In this document: piece by piece, positions 30,146 to 32,000 of the stretch
Layout: each line of letters opens with the position of its first letter
How positions within the stretch are numbered: the first letter of the stretch is position 1
Assembly: GCF_014280175.1 (NCBI RefSeq)
Contig: NZ_CP047931.1
Location: 2,070,001-2,102,000 of the forward strand
Direction of reading: 5' to 3'
DNA: 32,000 nucleotides
Origin: Synechococcus sp. A15-28
Lineage (GTDB): Bacteria > Cyanobacteriota > Cyanobacteriia > PCC-6307 > Cyanobiaceae
The notes under the pieces: generated by a model
Seen by the model: only the letters and a program-made list of their open reading frames with translations
What the model was told of the DNA's origin: nothing
Databases searched by the model: none
Program-made: the position numbers and the translations under genes

Positions 30146-31321
30146 ATGAAGTATCGCCTTCTCGGTAGGTCAGGACTACGCGTTTCCGAAATGTGCCTCG
30201 GGTGTGGCACGCTCGGGACCAATTGGGGAGATTTAGGGGCCAATCAAGAAGAGTCCAATAAGATCCTCGAAGGCTTCGCCAATGCAGGTGGAAACTATCT
30301 GGACACCTCAAACCGATATCAAGAATCGCAGTCAGAGCAGTGGGTCGGTGACTTCATTCAAAGAGAAAGAGATTTCTTTGTTGTCGGAACGAAATATTCC
30401 CTGGGTGATGGCGCAGCAGATTTCAATGGTGTTGGCAAGCCAACCAATCAAAAAGACCCGAACAACCGCGGTAATCACCGCAAAAACCTGAGGCGATCGG
30501 TGGAGGGCAGCTTGAAGCGCCTGAAAACTGATTACATCGACGTCCTTTGGCTTCACATCTGGGATTACACAACCCCATTTGATGAAATCGTCCTGAGTGT
30601 CAATGATCTCATCAAAGAAGGCAAAGTCCTCTATGCAGGCTTGTCCAGTGTGCCTGCGTGGCAGGTCTCACGCATGAACACCTATGCCGATTATCACGGT
30701 CTGCACCCGTTCATTGCACTACAAAATGAGTGGAGCCTGGTCGAGCGGTCGCACGAACCAGAATACCTGCCCATGTGCAAAGAACTCGACATTGGAATGA
30801 CCTGCTGGTCCCCACTTCACGGTGGACTTTTATCGGGTAAATACACCACCGATTCCGTGGATCCCTCAATTCCGAATCGAGTACTACCGCACGTCAAGGA
30901 CAGCAGTCAATTCTGGTACGAAGCAACCCAGAGGAACCTGGCCATCCTGAAAGAACTTCAACCCATCGTGGACGAAATTGGAGAGCCATGGACTGCATTT
31001 GCGCTGCGCTGGCTGATGCAACAAAAGGAGACCGTCACGATTCCGATTTTCTCAGTACGCACCGCTAAGCAACTCACTGATGCATTGCGAGCTACAGAAT
31101 TTGAACTCAGTGACGAACAAATGGCAAAAATCAATGCCATCTCATCACCTGCGATCACATCGCCGTACCCGGCCTTTGGCGCTTACCCATACACGATGCT
31201 TGAGTACGGAAGCCCAGCACTCCCCAACTTCTTCTCAAGGGCACTGCTTTATGGAGAGACCGAGGCAATGATTGAAAACCACCGTGTTCCTCATCCCTAT
31301 CAGTTTCAGATGGAGGGCTGA
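30146..31321 (+). CDS. Aldo/keto reductase family oxidoreductase (ORF track extends to 30074; start at 30146 preferred)
   Basis: MKYRLLGRSGLRVSEMCLGCGTLG, NYLDTSNRYQESQSEQWVGDFI, LRRSVEGSLKRLKTDYIDVLWLHIWDYTTPFDE, ALQNEWSLVER, CWSPLHGGLLSGKY. Confidence 0.94.
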   Translation: MKYRLLGRSGLRVSEMCLGCGTLGTNWGDLGANQEESNKILEGFANAGGNYLDTSNRYQESQSEQWVGDFIQRERDFFVVGTKYSLGDGAADFNGVGKPTNQKDPNNRGNHRKNLRRSVEGSLKRLKTDYIDVLWLHIWDYTTPFDEIVLSVNDLIKEGKVLYAGLSSVPAWQVSRMNTYADYHGLHPFIALQNEWSLVERSHEPEYLPMCKELDIGMTCWSPLHGGLLSGKYTTDSVDPSIPNRVLPHVKDSSQFWYEATQRNLAILKELQPIVDEIGEPWTAFALRWLMQQKETVTIPIFSVRTAKQLTDALRATEFELSDEQMAKINAISSPAITSPYPAFGAYPYTMLEYGSPALPNFFSRALLYGETEAMIENHRVPHPYQFQMEG

Positions 31322-31415
31322 CCCGCCCAGCTGAATCCAGGACGTTTGTGGCGTTTTTCAGACTTTTTATCCTGCAGAGAAAAAAGCAGTAGAATTCCTC
31401 AAATGCTTATTTTAG

Positions 31416-32000
31416 ATGAAGCGGACTTCAGCAATCATTGCATGTCTTGCGACGTTTGCTTCACCTGCTCTTGCAGGAGAAGAGTCGGAATCCACAAATT
31501 GGCTGCCTGGCTCTCAACCCGCTGAGGCAGTCATTGAGGACTCCGAGTCTGAAATCACACCAGAACAGATTGCTGATCGAATTAAAGAGCTCGAAATTGA
31601 GCTGATCAAATTAAAGAAAGCCGCAGGCGTTTACGGAAAAGGCAAAAAGATTGCTTTGCCCAAAAACGGAATTTACGTACAGGCCGATATCGGGATACAA
31701 CAGCGTGAATGGTCAGGGGAAAATGGCAATACTCAGTTGTTCTTCAACGAGGGCCTCTACGGTGGTCTAGCTGTTGGCTATCGCTACGACCGCAATTTCC
31801 GTTTCGCGTTTGAATACTCTGAAATGAATAATGATGTCAGCGATATGCGAGCAGGTAATGGTGGCCAACTCTTCCGAGATCCTAAAAATAAAGATGTCAT
31901 TCTTCAGGATGGATCGTCTAAAGTTTCCGGTAATGGTGATGTAAAACTGCAAAGCTACACACTAAATGCATATTATGATCTGAATGGGTTTGGTCATGAA
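31416..32000 (+). CDS. Exported protein, putative outer-membrane beta-barrel/porin-like; 3' truncated by window end
   Basis: My own translation (absent from ORF track because it has no stop in the window): MKRTSAIIACLATFASPALAGEESES... signal peptide, helical ITPEQIADRIKELEIELIKLKKAAG, then alternating strands NGIYVQADIGIQQREW, GLYGGLAVGYRYDRNFRFAFEYSEM, VKLQSYTLNAYYDL. Confidence 0.8.
   Translation, partial: MKRTSAIIACLATFASPALAGEESESTNWLPGSQPAEAVIEDSESEITPEQIADRIKELEIELIKLKKAAGVYGKGKKIALPKNGIYVQADIGIQQREWSGENGNTQLFFNEGLYGGLAVGYRYDRNFRFAFEYSEMNNDVSDMRAGNGGQLFRDPKNKDVILQDGSSKVSGNGDVKLQSYTLNAYYDLNGFGHE

Noticed and set aside
27765-31321. Anti-phage defence or toxin-antitoxin system interpretation of the accessory segment
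   Set aside because: No nuclease, helicase, NTPase, reverse transcriptase, methylase or antitoxin-like motifs in the paralogs or AKR; calling it defence would be unsupported.
1-32000. CRISPR arrays, tRNA/rRNA genes, transposons, phage genes
   Set aside because: No regularly spaced direct repeats, no recognisable tRNA or rRNA segments, and no integrase/transposase/capsid-like proteins among the reading frames.

Overview
This window looks like a marine picocyanobacterial (Synechococcus-like) chromosome. From about 0 to 27.7 kb it is dense, high-GC core genome. Genes in order: a small LuxR/PedR-like regulator, a CYTH protein, nadK, ndhE-ndhG-ndhI-ndhA, gltA, a SixA-like phosphatase, a DUF3352 protein, rhodanese-hrcA, trpB, a SUI1-family factor, cysC, an AI-2E/PerM-type membrane protein, purE, a nagA-like gene, chlM, a RluA-type pseudouridine synthase, a REC+LuxR response regulator, an exported hypothetical, a cysteine desulfurase, a membrane protein, rsmH, ndhH, a DUF2752 protein, a DHNA-CoA-type thioesterase, then a phylloquinone cluster (menA-menC-menE on the minus strand, menF/isochorismate synthase divergent). 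After menF (about 27.7 kb to the window end) base composition drops and the content becomes accessory: a tandem pair of diverged paralogous proteins of unknown function, a rho-independent terminator, an aldo/keto reductase, and an exported putative beta-barrel protein cut by the window edge. The tandem paralog pair is the best candidate for something undescribed. I found no CRISPR array, rRNA, tRNA, transposase or phage gene. Family assignments come from recognising motifs and gene context, not from database searches.
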